Shown here in pieces: positions 50,830 through 63,589 of a DNA stretch of 64,000 bases (position 1 is the first letter of the stretch; the number at the start of each line of letters is the position of its first letter). A model generated the notes under the pieces. That model was not told the DNA's origin. It worked only from the letters and a program-made list of their open reading frames with translations, and did no database searches. Source of the DNA: Azolla caroliniana (Eukaryota > Plantae > Polypodiophyta); contig JBHGNT010000009.1 in assembly GCA_043228905.1 (NCBI GenBank), positions 12,028,001-12,092,000 on the forward strand, written 5' to 3'. The position numbers were made by a program, and so were the translations under genes.

Positions 50830-53800
50830 GATCTGTGTCTTCTCATAGGCGAACATCGACGAATGGATGTTTAAATGCAGACGTCCCAGAGAACCAACAC
50901 GACCAGACCGACCAATCACAAGGTCCATCACATGCTAGGCAGAGGAACGCGCACGGCAAAACCTCGCCTCAGTGACCTTAGTGATACCTATCGGGATCAC
51001 AAAGACGTTTTCCCGCTCACCAAATACCCCGGCGACAAGCAGGAAGTGTGCTCACCACAAAATCATTGTGGTTTTTCCCTGCCTGCTGTAACGTCCAGCA
51101 TGGCCTTCTCTTATCCCCGCTTCAACGACAAAACTGACGCCACAACCCACATTTGCCTGTTCCTAAATGTCTGGAATGCAAATCACATGGCATAGAGACT
51201 TCCCGAAGAAGTAGCGCACCAGTCCAAAATGACAGAGTTCGGATTAACCCTGGATGGGAGAGCGGCGTTTTGGCATTCGCAGATGGATCTGCCAGCAATC
51301 ACGACCTTCGACTAATTGCAGTCGGCCTTTCTACGTTTATTTCATCGGAGGGTGCTACAACGCAAAATCCTCGAGCAGTTTTATACAATTAAACAGTTGT
51401 CGGCCGAGACTGTAGCAGATTTCAGTTTACGTTTCCAAAATCTACAGTGGAAATTAGAATGGAGCCCGACAGAGGACAAGGTTCGGGAGACATTTCTGGC
51501 AGCTTTACGACGACCAATACAGACGACGCTCAACAACAATAGTGTGAAAGGAGAAACAACCGATATGGTCATAGAACGAGCGCTACAACTCGAGTTGGAC
51601 GAAGAAGATGAAAGGTTTTCCATGTCCTCATTACGGCAATCGTTACCTCAGGATGAGGAATGACATTTTCGCCAGGCAATCCAGTGAACGATTTGCCTCA
51701 ATTCTGGGCATTCCGCATTGGAATGCAACATGCGAATCCACTGCCCAATCTGTCACTCGAAAGCACACACGATCGAGTAGTGTGAGTACAATATGTTGAA
51801 CAAATCCACGCCGACAGTACGAAGTGTTGAAATGCAGCGCCCACCTCGCCGTAATGAGCAAAGGTGCCAAGAAGAATGACCCCGATATACGGATCGGAAC
51901 CCACGCGATGACCGGCACTACCAGATCGCCGGAATAACAATGATTCCGTGGAAGAAGAGCCGGAGGACAAAGACTACCGAGGCAACCACAGATATAAGAA
52001 AGGAGGCTGACGCTACGAGAATTACCGTCTGATGAACAAATGTGGCGGCTTCAATGGGCCTCGTGGGAAACATCGTCAGTATCGGGATGAACGACGGTAC
52101 GACGAAAGTTTGGACGATGACCGACACCAGGAGCCGCGCCGGGACTAACAACAACTACCACGAATGCTTAGAAGAACGAACCAAGACTGGGAGGAGCAAG
52201 TCACACCCGGGGATCGGAACACACCACCAACTGCCGAGAAAGGCGAATCTAGAGTCCATTCGTTCGTTTGCCAACAACCCGGACATTATGCCATGCAATG
52301 TCCACTACGCAAGGGTAAGGGACCCGCCGTCAATACGATTAGGGCAGAAGTTCAGCAAGTCACGACAAGACAACAAACAAAAAATGCTAATTGGGCCGCA
52401 CAAGATGAGATACGTTAGACGGCCCAAGCATGGGTTGAAAAAGCGAACGCGGCAAATACGGAACACATGCGGCAGGAGTCTGTGAACAATGTGGGGCCTT
52501 TGGAGGAAGATGTGATATCTCCGGATCCCATATGGCAAGCACTGACAGGCTGCGAGATAACATTGACCATGGAGAAGCTACTTCAACTAGTCCCACGGTT
52601 CCGCCAGGCCGTGGAGGATCGCATAACAGGCAGACCTGGGGTAAGCTTCTCCGCCAACTTTACGGACACCAGCGCCAGACCAACGGTGGTGGATCACCAT
52701 AATAGTTGATATTATAGGCTTAGGAAATCACAGGATGCGTAATCGATGGTGGCTCTGGTGTCAATGTAATTAGCGTGAAGACATGCGAACAATTGGGAAT
52801 TTCAGAATGGGAAGCTTGCCCGTTTTGGCTTCGCATGGCAGATACCCGCTGAGTATGGCCTTTAGGCTTAATACGTAAGTTAGGCATTATCATTGGCGGA
52901 CATCGCTTCGACGTCTCGGCGGTAGTCCTCGCCCTCAACACCCCAGGAGCGTATCCTATGTTGCTTGGCAGACTGTGGCTTCGTTCAACAAATATCAAAC
53001 AAAGCTAGCAACATAAGTGCATCAGGTTTCGACGTGGATGCACCAAGGTTCGCGTACCAACAGAGGAAATGGCGGCACAACCCAAGGGCATAACATTGTT
53101 ATACGTAGAAGATATAAATATGTTGGTTGGGGTGGATTATACAGAATTAGAAGTATACCTCGATGAGCACCCCCAGATCATTCCGCTATTCTTCAATCGA
53201 CGTCATAGAAACCGCGGCGGAATACGCCACGCCCACTACGCTCCACAACGAGGCTTACGAACCAGACCCAGAGTCAATATTAGAATTAAGCAGAGCACGG
53301 GCGTCGTTCGAGGGGGAAATGGAAATTTCACGACGAGTTGCTGCCTCAGCCCTAGAAGAAGTAAACGTGGGTACGGCGTCAGACCCCCGCTTCCTCTCCA
53401 TCGCAAAAGAATTACTGCCGGATCAGAGAGACGCGATGATTACACTATTCAGGAAGTATAAATATGTGTTTGCTTGGTCCCACGAGGACATGAAGGGATT
53501 AGATCCGAAGTTCTATCAACATAAGATCAATTTAGCGATCGACGAGAAACCGGTCCAGCAGCGTCGATACCGCATGAACCCAAATTACGCGGCTCGCGTA
53601 AAAGAGGAAATTGACAAACTCCTCAAGGCCGGATTCATTCGACCAGTCAAACAAGCCACATGGCTAAGCTCGATAGTATTCGTACCAAAGAAAAATGGCA
53701 AAATACGTGTGTGCGTGGACTACCGGAAATTGAATGCCGTCACCATTACAGATGCGTTCTTTTTACCTTTCACTGACAACGTTGTCGTGAAGATTTTCGG

Positions 53801-55365
53801 CAATGGTGTCAAAATCGTATAAAACATACGAAATCGAGTATGAATAATATAAAACAATAATAGTGAAGATACTATTTTAGATTAGCTTAATATCTTGGTA
53901 CGGGAAGATGGAGGTCTTGAAGAGCTTTCGGATGCACTTTACTACATAAGAAACAGACATCTAAGTGTCAACTTATGTGGGTATGAAGTTTTGCCAAAGA
54001 AAAAGAGAAAAATAAAACTGTGAAATATCCCCCATAGATAGGAAAGTTTAGGCTCCAGCTATATAAGCAGATTGAGATCCATCATATTTCATCTATGTGT
54101 TGAGAGCACTTAAAAAATAGTTGGACTTAAGCCACTTTTGTCTAGATGGACATATGTGGCTAAGTTGCCGGATGTGGCTAAGTGCCCGAACCGGCTGGTG
54201 AAGAAACTCAAACCGGTCGACGATAGAATCGGAAACCGGATGGAGCCGGCGATCGGTGACCGGATGGATTCGACAACTGACAATAGAACCGGTGACCGAC
54301 GATCCAGCGACGAGATCCGGCGATCGACTGGTGTTGGTAAACCCGGTTACTGGCATCCGGCGGCGGAGCCGGTGAGCCGGCAGCATTGGGCAACCGGTCG
54401 GTTACCGGCAAGCCCGACGACCAAGAGAAGACGGTGTTTTTCACGGACTGGGGAGTCTATGTCACAGTCGTCATGATGTTCGGGCTAAAAACGACGCCGA
54501 CTACCTTTCAACGGACAATCACGGAGACTTTTGGGGAATATATACTTGCCTTCATGCAGGTCTTTTTAGACGATTTTGCGGTATATGGGATAACAGTTGA
54601 ACATTTTACGCATCTACAGCTTTGCTTGGAGCGTTGCCGAACTGCACGCGCCTGAATCCCGCCAAATGCGCCTTCGGTGTCACCAACGAGGCCCTCCTCA
54701 GCCACCTAGTCAGTAAGGAGGGGATAGCGGTCGATCTGAACAAAATCTCCGTGATTACTCATGCAAAAACACCGACAAACGTGAAAGCACTCAGCCGGTT
54801 TCTGGGACAAATATGATGACGCAACCGGATGATACGCTATTTGGCGGATTTCGCCACACCATTGCATGCCGCCGTTCACTGTACTCTTTTCAAATGGACA
54901 GCAACGAAGAGAAGGTGTATGATGCGCTAAAAAGAATGCTAATGCAGGCACCAGTCGTACATCCACCAGTTTGGGCGAAACCATTTCACGTGTTCATAGA
55001 TGCCTCGGATATAGCAATAGGTAGTGCGTTAATGCAGCTCAAACGGACAGCAACGGAAGAGAAGGCGTATGATGTGCTAAAAATAATGCTAATGCAGGCA
55101 CTAGTTGTACATCCACCAGTTTGGGCGAAACCATTTCACGTGTTCGTAGATGCCTCGGATATAGCAATAGGTAGTGCGTTAATGCAGCTCACAAAGCCGA
55201 ATTGGTACCAACCAGTGTACTATGGTAGGCGGAAACTATCAATGGCTGAGCGTAACTATTCCACAATGGAATGTGAAGCGTTGGGTATGATATACAACAT
55301 CAATAAATTCCGGCACTATCTACTAGGGCGGAAATTCACGTTTCACGTGGATCATATGACATTGC
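50830..55365 (+). mobile_element. Second degenerate Ty3/gypsy (gag, PR, RT, RNase H), interrupted and truncated
   Basis: gag MAFSYPRF at 51100; IDGGSGVN protease; RT 53163-53780 and 54416-54810; RNase H 54813-55365 with a 147-bp duplication. Confidence 0.9.
53783..54415 (-). repeat. Truncated LTR-like insertion of an unrelated family inside the gypsy RT
   Basis: Interrupts RT after LPFTDN; RT resumes at PDDQEKT with a short deletion; minus-strand end ...CACGACA and a TATA-like CTTATATAGC near 54060. Confidence 0.55.
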
Positions 55366-58192
55366 TGACGAGAACTACACACTTCGGTGAATGACGATCG
55401 GCCACAATCGAGTCTAAAATCAAACACAAAAAAACAGGTAAGAATGCACGACACAGTGAAGAGAAGAGTACACAGGATGTTTACGTGGAAAACCCAAACT
55501 AGGAAAAAAACCACGGCAGCCCACAGGCTGCAAACTATCACTATGTTACAGTGTACAACGTTGAAGCACAGAGGCAACGACCTCGAGCTTTCTATCTTCG
55601 CCATAGGCGGCGGTTACAACAGAGGCAACGACCTCTTCCTCTCTCACTCTCTCTCTGTACACGGTTATGCGCTCTGATCTCACGCAGACAAGAATAACAA
55701 CAACTCCTACATCACACACAATAAGTTTGCCCTAAGTCATATTTATACTAATATGACTTTTCGGCTATTTACAAATATGGCCTCGATGGACTCTTAGAAA
55801 CATATTTACGAATATGTCTCTCCATCCAGAGAGCGCTCCTCATCGGGCCTGCATCATCCAGATCTTGCCGGGCACTCGTCATCCGGTTCTCACCGGGTCT
55901 GCACCATTCGGCTCTCCGTAGCCGGGCACTTGTTATCCGGTTCTCACTGGGTCTGCACCATCCGGCTCTCCGTAGCCGGGTACTCCTCATCCGGTTCTCA
56001 TCGGGTCTGCACCATTCGGCTCTCCGTAGTCGGGTACTCCTCATCCGGTTCTCACCGGGTCTGTACCATCCGGCTCTCCGTAGCCAGGTACTCCTCATCC
56101 GGTTTCGGCCTCGGCCAAGTTTCCTTATCAGCACTGTTCTTCTCCCTTCCCATCCGGAGGGACTTGTCTCCCAACAAACTCCCCCTTCACTCCGGCATGG
56201 GGTGTCTTACTAGTCCGATCCTCTTCCGACATGCATCCAGCTTGTCGGGTATCAACACTTTGGTCAGCATGTCTGACCCATTCTCGGCCGTGTGGATCCT
56301 CGTCAGTGCGAAGTCCTGGTCATCTACTCTTTCTCGGATCCAGTGATACCTTCGCTGAATATGCTTCGTCTGGGAATGGTAGGCTGCATTCTTAGCAAGG
56401 TGGATGACACTTTGACTGTCGCAATAGAGCCGATATTCATCTTGCCGGATACCGAGCTCTCCGATGAAGTCCTTCATCCATAAGATTTCCTTGCCGGCTT
56501 CCACAACCGCTATGTACGCCTCTGTGGTTGACAACGCAACCGTCTTCTGCAGCCTCGACTGCCACGAAACAGCTCCCCCTGCATATGTCATTACATACTC
56601 GGATGTGGAACGGCTGGTATCCACATCAGCCGACATGTCCGAATCGGTAAAACCGTCAAGTTGAGGTTTTCCGGAGCCGAATCAGAGACACATATGCGAA
56701 GTGCCCTTCAAGTACCGGAGTATCCATTTGACCGCGTTCCAGTGCTCCTTTTTGGGATTGCTCATGAACCGGCTCACCACTTCGACTGCGTATCCTATAT
56801 CCGGTCGGGTACACACCATTGCGTACATTAAGCTCCCGACGGCAGAGGCATATGGAATCTTCATCATATCCGCCTTCTCTGCTTTTGTCTTCGGGCTTTG
56901 CTTACCGGATAACCTGCAGTTTGCCGGAAAGTGTCGATCCGACCGGTTTCACATCTAACATGTTGAACCGGTGAAGCACCTTTGTCACGTACTTCTCCTG
57001 TGACAGCCATAGTTGCTTCACTGACCGGTTCCGGATAATATGCATCCCCAGCATCTGTCTTGCCGGACCCAAGTCTTTCATTGAGAAGGTTTGGTTGAGA
57101 GCCTTCTTCAGCATCCGTATTTTGACTTGGTCCTATCCGACGATCAACATGTCATCCACGTACAGAAGGAGTATCAGGAAGTCGCCTCCTTCGAACTTCT
57201 TCACAAACACGCAGTGATCGGCCTGCGTCTTGTGGTACCCTTGATCGGCCATAAAGGAGTTGAACTTCCGGTACCATTGCCGGGGGGCCTGCTTCAACCC
57301 GTAGAGGCTCTTCTTCAACCGGCAAACCAGGTGCTCCTTCCCTTTCTCCACGAATCCTTCCGGTTGTTGCATGTAGATCTCCTCTTCGAGGTCGCCGTGA
57401 AGGAATGCCGTCTTCACGTCTAGCTACTCTGCACCGTCCGGATGGAGGTCATCTTTACTACCGGGGCAAATATCTCGTTGAAGTCCACGCCCTTCTTCTG
57501 CTGGAACCCCTACACCATGATCCTGGCTTTGTATCTCGGGGGTTTGTCGGCATCTCCCGGTTTCAACTTGTACACCCACTTGTTTCGGAGTGCCCGCTTT
57601 CCTTTCAGCAACTCCACCAATTCGTACGTATGGTTCTCATGCAGGGAATCCATCTCATCCTGTATGGCACTTAACCATTTTCGGATGTGGGTGTCATCCT
57701 TCGCTTCTTCAAAGCTTTCTGGCTCCCCCTCATCGGTTAGCAGCACATGCTCTGCATCCGGAAATCTCCGAGGGGCCCTTCTCTCTCTTAGAGGATATCT
57801 CCATCTCTGGGCTTCGGTAACCAGCTCCTCTATTTGCTTTTCATCCGAATCTGATTCGGGGTCTTGGCCGGTTCCGGTTTCAGCTTCCTCTACTTCTTCT
57901 TCTGCCGGTTCGATATCCTCACCGTAACCGGCTGGTTCCTCGAGTGCTAACCGGTCTCTTGCCGGTTGGGTCTGGTCATCGTAGAATCGATCATTTACCG
58001 GTCGACTCGGAGTTCATTATCTTCTTCTCCGACTCCCAGTCGGCGAGCGTCTTGTCCTCCATGAAGATAATATCTCGACTTCGGAATACCTTCTTGTCGA
58101 CCAGGTCCCACACTCGGTAGCCGAACTCATCGTCGCCGTAATCGAGGAATATGCATGGCTGGGTCTTTGGATCCAACTTTCCTCTCCGGTCC

Positions 58193-61100
58193 TGTTGGGA
58201 TTTCGGTCCCTCCGGATGGGATGTCCGGAGATGAATGACGGCAAGCCCGGTTGCGGTTACGGAGCCGAATGATGAAGACCCTGGCTACGGAGCCGGATGC
58301 TGAAGACCCCGGTTACGGAGCCGGATGACGGATGTACCCGGAGAGAGATCCGGATGCGGGGACATGTTTGTGAATATGTTTTGCCAAGAGCCCTTGAGGC
58401 TATATTTGTAAATAGCCCGAAAGTCATATGTGTATAAATATGACTTAGGGCAAACAGTTTTACTGTTGCTTCTCATTTTTTCTGTTTTTCCACTTTAGAG
58501 GAGTGAAGAGAGAGAGCAGCCGGGAGAGAGAGAGAGAGAGAGATAGAGCGCGAGAGAGGAAGAGGTAGACGCCTCTGTGTATTTCCGCCGCCTGTGGCGA
58601 GGACAGCGAGCTCAAGGTCGTCGACTTGCAGCTCGCCATTGTATACTTCTCTGTATAGTGTTGGCTTGGAGTCTTGTACTCCCGTGGTTTTTCCCGTCTA
58701 GGGTTTTCCACGTTAATCCCTGTGTGCTCGCGTTTTGTTTCTCTTTGTGGTTCCTATTTTCTGCTCCATTGATTCGCGCTTACTCGGTTGTGGCCGAGTG
58801 GTGAAGGTGAATAGAAGCGTCTATTCTTTACAAACTGGTATCAGAGCGAACTGCTGCAGAAAATGGAAGGCGGCGGCAGCGGGCAGCCGGGGATGATGGT
58901 GCTGACTGCGCAGAACTACGCCGACTGGAAGATCAAGATGGAAGATCTTCTGATTGTTCGGGACCTGTACGAACCGATTGACAGGTCGAAAATACCGAAA
59001 GGGGTACTTGAGTCGGAATGGAGGCTTCTGAACCGGAAAGCCGTTGCAACCATTCGGCAATACGTCGACGTGAGCGTCCTACAACATGTGGCAAACGACA
59101 CCAACGCATATGAGATGTGGAAGAAGCTGTCGGGCCTCTACGAGAGGAAGAATGCGTTGAATCGGACCTCCCTGATGAGGAAGATAGTGAATCTCAAGTA
59201 CCGGGACGGCGAGAGTATGGTGGAACACGTAAGCACGTTCATGGGATTCGTGAATCAGCTTGCGGCGATCAAGTTCCCGTTGGAGGATGCAATGCAAGCC
59301 ATCATCCTGATGTGTACATTGCCGGAGAGTTGGGAGAACTTGGTGGTTACTCTCAGCACCTCCTGCACAGAAGATAACTTGTCCTTACAAACGGTAAAGA
59401 CAAGTATTTTGAACGAAGAAGCGCGTCGGAGAGATAAAGAACCGGCCTCCGACTCGAAGGCGCTGCTTACCGAATCGGATCGGGGAAGACAATGGAACCG
59501 GAGTCCGCAAAGACGGGAGAAGTCGGGGACCCGGTCGCAGTCAAGAGGAAGGCCCACATGCTTCCACTATGGGAAGCCGGGGCACTTCCGGAAGAATTGT
59601 CGGCATTACCGAAAGGACAACGGAGCCGACGACACCGATTCGAAGAAGTCACCGGAGAGAAACGGTGCATACCGGGGAGCCACGGACCGGAGAGGTCCGG
59701 ATCGGCGAGGGCAGGACCGGAAAGGAACGACGGCATTCGCGGCAAGTGAAGAAGAGATAATGCTCATTACCGAAGAGACGGAGCTAAACCTTGCCGGTGA
59801 AGAGATGACCTGGGTGGTCGATTCCGGAGCGTCGTTCCACCTGACCCCGGAGAAGAAATACTTCTCATCCTACACAGCCGGTGAGCATGGCTGTGTCCGG
59901 ATGGGAAATGAAGGCACATGCCGGATTGCCGGCATAGGAGATGTGTGGCTGATGACATCAACCGGATGCAAGATGCTGCTGAAGGATGTGCGACACGTTC
60001 CGGAGGTCCGATTGAACCTGATCTCGGCCGGGAGGCTAGATGATGAAGGCTACACGGGTAGCATCCGGAACGGTGTCATGAAGTTCAGCAAGGGGAGCCT
60101 GATAGTGGCTCGGGCCCGGAAGGTCAACACTCTGTACCTGATGAATTCCCGGCTATGTCCGGAGGAGCTGAACGTGGCAGCCGACACTGCCGGTGAGCTG
60201 TGGCACAAGAGACTGTGCCACATGAGTGAGAAGGGGATGAAGAGGCTTGCAGAAGACAACCTTATTCCAGTGAAGCAAGTGCACCTGGAAAAGTGCACCG
60301 ACTGCCTGGCCGGTAAGCAAAACCGGACCTCCTTCCACTCAAGGCCACCGACGAGACGTAGCGCACCATTGGAGTTGGTGCACACTGATGTGTGTCAGGT
60401 AGAAACGAAGTCACATGGCGGAGCCCAGTACTTCGTAACATTCATTGATGATCACAGCCGGAAGCTGTGGACGGCACCGTTGAAGACAAAGGACCAAGTG
60501 TTGTGCGTCTTCAAAGAACTCCACGCGAGAGTGGAAAGGGAATCCGGCAAGAAGCTGAAAGCGATACGAGCGGATAACGGAGGGGAATACCGAGGGCAGT
60601 TCCAGGAGTACTGTCGCTCGAAGGGAATCCGACTCGAGTTTACTGTGCCGAAGACGCCGGAACTGAACGGGCTGGCCGAGAGGATGAACCGGACCATAAT
60701 GGAGAGGGTCCGGAGTATGCTGGCGCATGCGAAATTACCCAAGGGATTTTGGGCTGAGGCAATGTTGACGGCGACGTATGTGATAAATAGATCACCCTCA
60801 GTACCTTTGGACGGAGACACGCCGCAGAAAGTGTGGACCGGTAAGGAAGTGTCCTACCGGCATCTGAAGGTGTTCGGGTGTCTCGCATACGTGCATGTGG
60901 CAAAGGACCGGAGAGGAAAGCTAGATCCGAAGACCTGGCCATGCATATTCCTCGGTTACGGCGACGACGAGTTCGGCTACCGAGTATGGGACCCGGTCGA
61001 CAAGAAGATATTCCGGAGTCGTGATATCATCTTCATGGAGAACAAGACACTCGCCGACTGGGAGTCGGAGAAGAAGATGAAGAGCTCCAAGTCGACCGGT

Positions 61101-63589
61101 GAGGATCAACTCTACGAGGAGCAGTCCCGACCGGCAAGGGACCGGTTAGCACTCGAGGACCCGGCCGAAGACGGTGAAGAAACAGAACCGGCCGAAGAAG
61201 ATGAAAATGATACCGGAACCGGCCCTGATCCCGAAATGGATTCGGATGAAGAAGAAGAATCGGAAGAACCGGTTACCGAAGCTCCCGAACGGAGATATCC
61301 TCTAAGAGAGAGGAGAGCCCCCCGGAGATTTCCGGAACCAGAGCACGTGCTGCTAACCGACGAGGGGGAGCCGGAGAGCTTTGAAGAAGCAAAGCATGAC
61401 ACTCAGAGCCGCAGGTGGTTGAGTGCCATGCAGGACGAGATGGATTCCCTGCATGAGAACCTCACATATGAGCTTGTGGAGTTGCCGAAAGGAAAGCGGG
61501 CACTTCGAAACAAGTGGGTGTTCAAGCTGAAACCGGGAGATGCCGGAAACCCCCCGAGATACAAAGCCAGGATCGTGGTGAAGGGGTTCCAGCAGAAGAA
61601 GGGCGTCGACTTCGACGAGATATTTGCCCCGGTAGTGAAGATGACCTCCATCCGGACGGTGCTGAGCATAGCGGCAAGCATGGACCTCGAGGTAGAACAG
61701 ATGGACGTGAAGACGACATTCCTTCACGGTGACCTCGAAGAAGAGATCTACATGCAGCAACCGGAAGGATTCGAGAAGAAAGGGAAGGAGCACCTGGTAT
61801 GCCGGTTGAAGAAGAGCCTTTACGGACTGAAGCAGGCTCCCCAGCAATGGTACCGGAAGTTCGACTCCTTCATGACCGACGAAGGGTACCTAAAAACGCA
61901 GTCCGACCACTACGTGTTTGTGAAGAAGTTCAAAGGAGGAGACTTCCTAATACTCCTCCTGTACGTGGACGACATGTTGATCGTCGGACGGGACCAGGTC
62001 AAGATACGGATACTGAAGAAGGCTCTTCACCGAACCTTCTCAATGAAGGACCTGGGTCCGGCGAGGCAAATACTAGGGATGCACATCATCCGGGACCGGA
62101 AGAAGAAGCAGTTGTGGCTGTCACAGGAGAAGTACATGACGAAGGTGCTTCACCGGTTCAACATGTCGGAAGCAAGACCGGTCGGATCGACCCTCCCGGC
62201 AAACTGCAAGCTGTCCAGCAAGCAAAGTCCCAAGACAAAGGCTGAAAAGGAGGATATGATGAAAGTGCCGTATGCCTCAGCCGTCGGGAGCTTGATGTAC
62301 GCCATGGTGTGTACGAGACCGGACATAGGATATGCAGTCGGAGTGGTGAGCCGGTACATGAGCAATCCCGGCAAGGAGCATTGGAACGCGGTCAAGTGGA
62401 TACTCCGATACCTGAAGGGCACATCAAACGTGTGCCTCCGATTCGGCTCCGGTAAGCCCGAACTCGACGGCTTCACCGATTCGGATATGTCGGCTGACGC
62501 AGATACCAGCCGGTCCACATCAGGGTATGTGATGACGTATGCAGGGGGAGCTGTTTCATGGCAGTCGAGGCTGCAGAAGACGGTTGCGTTATCAACCACG
62601 GAGGCGGAGTACATGGCGGCCGTTGAAGCCGGCAAGGAAATGATATGGATGAAGGACTTCATTAGAGAGCTCGGTATCCGGCAGGAGGAGTACCGACTCT
62701 ACTGCGACAGTCAGAGTGCCATCCACCTTGCGAAGAACGCGGCCTATCACTCCCGGACGAAGCACATCCAGCGAAGATATCACTGGATCCGGGAAAGGAT
62801 AGAAGACCAGGAGTTCGTGCTGACGAAGATCCACACGGACGAGAACGGCTCAGATATGCTGACCAAAGTGCTCACACCCGACAAGCTGGAAGCATGCCGG
62901 AAGAGGATCGGATTGGAGAGACATCCCATGCCGTAGTGAAGGGGGAGTTTGTTGGGATTTCGGTCCCTCCGGATGGGATGTCCGGAGATGAATGACGGCA
63001 AGCCCGGTTGCGGTTACGGAGCCGGATGATGAAGACCCTGGCTACGGAGCCGGATGCTGAAGACCCCGGTTACGGAGCCGGATGACGGATGTACCCGGAG
63101 AGAGATCCGGATGTGGGGACATGTTTGTGAATATGTTTTGCCAAGAGCCCTTGAGGCTATATTTGTAAATAGCCCAAAAGTCATATGTGTATAAATATGA
63201 CTTAGGGCAAACAGTTTTACTGTTGCTTCTCATTTTTTCTGTTTTTCCACTTTAGAGGAGTGAAGAGAGAGAGCAGCCGGGAGAGAGAGAGAGAGAGAGA
63301 TAGAGCGCGAGAGAGGAAGAGGTAGACGCCTCTGTGTATTTCCGCCGCCTGTGGCGAGGACAGCGAGCTCAAGGTCGTCGCCTTGCAGCTCGCCATTGTA
63401 TACTTCTCTGTATAGTGTTGGCTTGGAGTCTTGTACTCCCGTGGTTTTTCCCGTCTAGGGTTTTCCACGTTAATCCCAGTGTGCTCGCGTTTTGTTTCTC
63501 TTTGTGGTTCCTATTTTCTGCTCCATTGATTCGCGCTTACTCGGTTGTGGCCGAGTGGTGAAGGTGAATAGAAGCGTCTATTCTTTACA
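58193..63589 (+). mobile_element. Intact young Ty1/copia LTR retrotransposon
   Basis: 640-bp LTRs at 58193-58832 and 62950-63589 (5 substitutions seen); TSD GGTCC at 58188-58192 and 63590-63594; PBS TGGTATCAGAGC at 58836-58847; PPT GAAGGGGGAG at ~62938-62947. Confidence 0.98.
58863..62936 (+). CDS. Copia Gag-Pol polyprotein, 1357 aa, uninterrupted
   Basis: Gag, zinc knuckle (CFHYGKPGHFRKNC), protease VVDSGAS, integrase with HHCC and DDE, RT LLYVDD, RNase H SDMLTK. Confidence 0.97.
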   Translation: MEGGGSGQPGMMVLTAQNYADWKIKMEDLLIVRDLYEPIDRSKIPKGVLESEWRLLNRKAVATIRQYVDVSVLQHVANDTNAYEMWKKLSGLYERKNALNRTSLMRKIVNLKYRDGESMVEHVSTFMGFVNQLAAIKFPLEDAMQAIILMCTLPESWENLVVTLSTSCTEDNLSLQTVKTSILNEEARRRDKEPASDSKALLTESDRGRQWNRSPQRREKSGTRSQSRGRPTCFHYGKPGHFRKNCRHYRKDNGADDTDSKKSPERNGAYRGATDRRGPDRRGQDRKGTTAFAASEEEIMLITEETELNLAGEEMTWVVDSGASFHLTPEKKYFSSYTAGEHGCVRMGNEGTCRIAGIGDVWLMTSTGCKMLLKDVRHVPEVRLNLISAGRLDDEGYTGSIRNGVMKFSKGSLIVARARKVNTLYLMNSRLCPEELNVAADTAGELWHKRLCHMSEKGMKRLAEDNLIPVKQVHLEKCTDCLAGKQNRTSFHSRPPTRRSAPLELVHTDVCQVETKSHGGAQYFVTFIDDHSRKLWTAPLKTKDQVLCVFKELHARVERESGKKLKAIRADNGGEYRGQFQEYCRSKGIRLEFTVPKTPELNGLAERMNRTIMERVRSMLAHAKLPKGFWAEAMLTATYVINRSPSVPLDGDTPQKVWTGKEVSYRHLKVFGCLAYVHVAKDRRGKLDPKTWPCIFLGYGDDEFGYRVWDPVDKKIFRSRDIIFMENKTLADWESEKKMKSSKSTGEDQLYEEQSRPARDRLALEDPAEDGEETEPAEEDENDTGTGPDPEMDSDEEEESEEPVTEAPERRYPLRERRAPRRFPEPEHVLLTDEGEPESFEEAKHDTQSRRWLSAMQDEMDSLHENLTYELVELPKGKRALRNKWVFKLKPGDAGNPPRYKARIVVKGFQQKKGVDFDEIFAPVVKMTSIRTVLSIAASMDLEVEQMDVKTTFLHGDLEEEIYMQQPEGFEKKGKEHLVCRLKKSLYGLKQAPQQWYRKFDSFMTDEGYLKTQSDHYVFVKKFKGGDFLILLLYVDDMLIVGRDQVKIRILKKALHRTFSMKDLGPARQILGMHIIRDRKKKQLWLSQEKYMTKVLHRFNMSEARPVGSTLPANCKLSSKQSPKTKAEKEDMMKVPYASAVGSLMYAMVCTRPDIGYAVGVVSRYMSNPGKEHWNAVKWILRYLKGTSNVCLRFGSGKPELDGFTDSDMSADADTSRSTSGYVMTYAGGAVSWQSRLQKTVALSTTEAEYMAAVEAGKEMIWMKDFIRELGIRQEEYRLYCDSQSAIHLAKNAAYHSRTKHIQRRYHWIRERIEDQEFVLTKIHTDENGSDMLTKVLTPDKLEACRKRIGLERHPMP

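Noticed and set aside
59079-62834. Many antisense ORFs within copia pol (also 3058-4989, 22773-26687)
   Set aside because: Shadow ORFs of GC-rich coding sequence with no recognisable domains.
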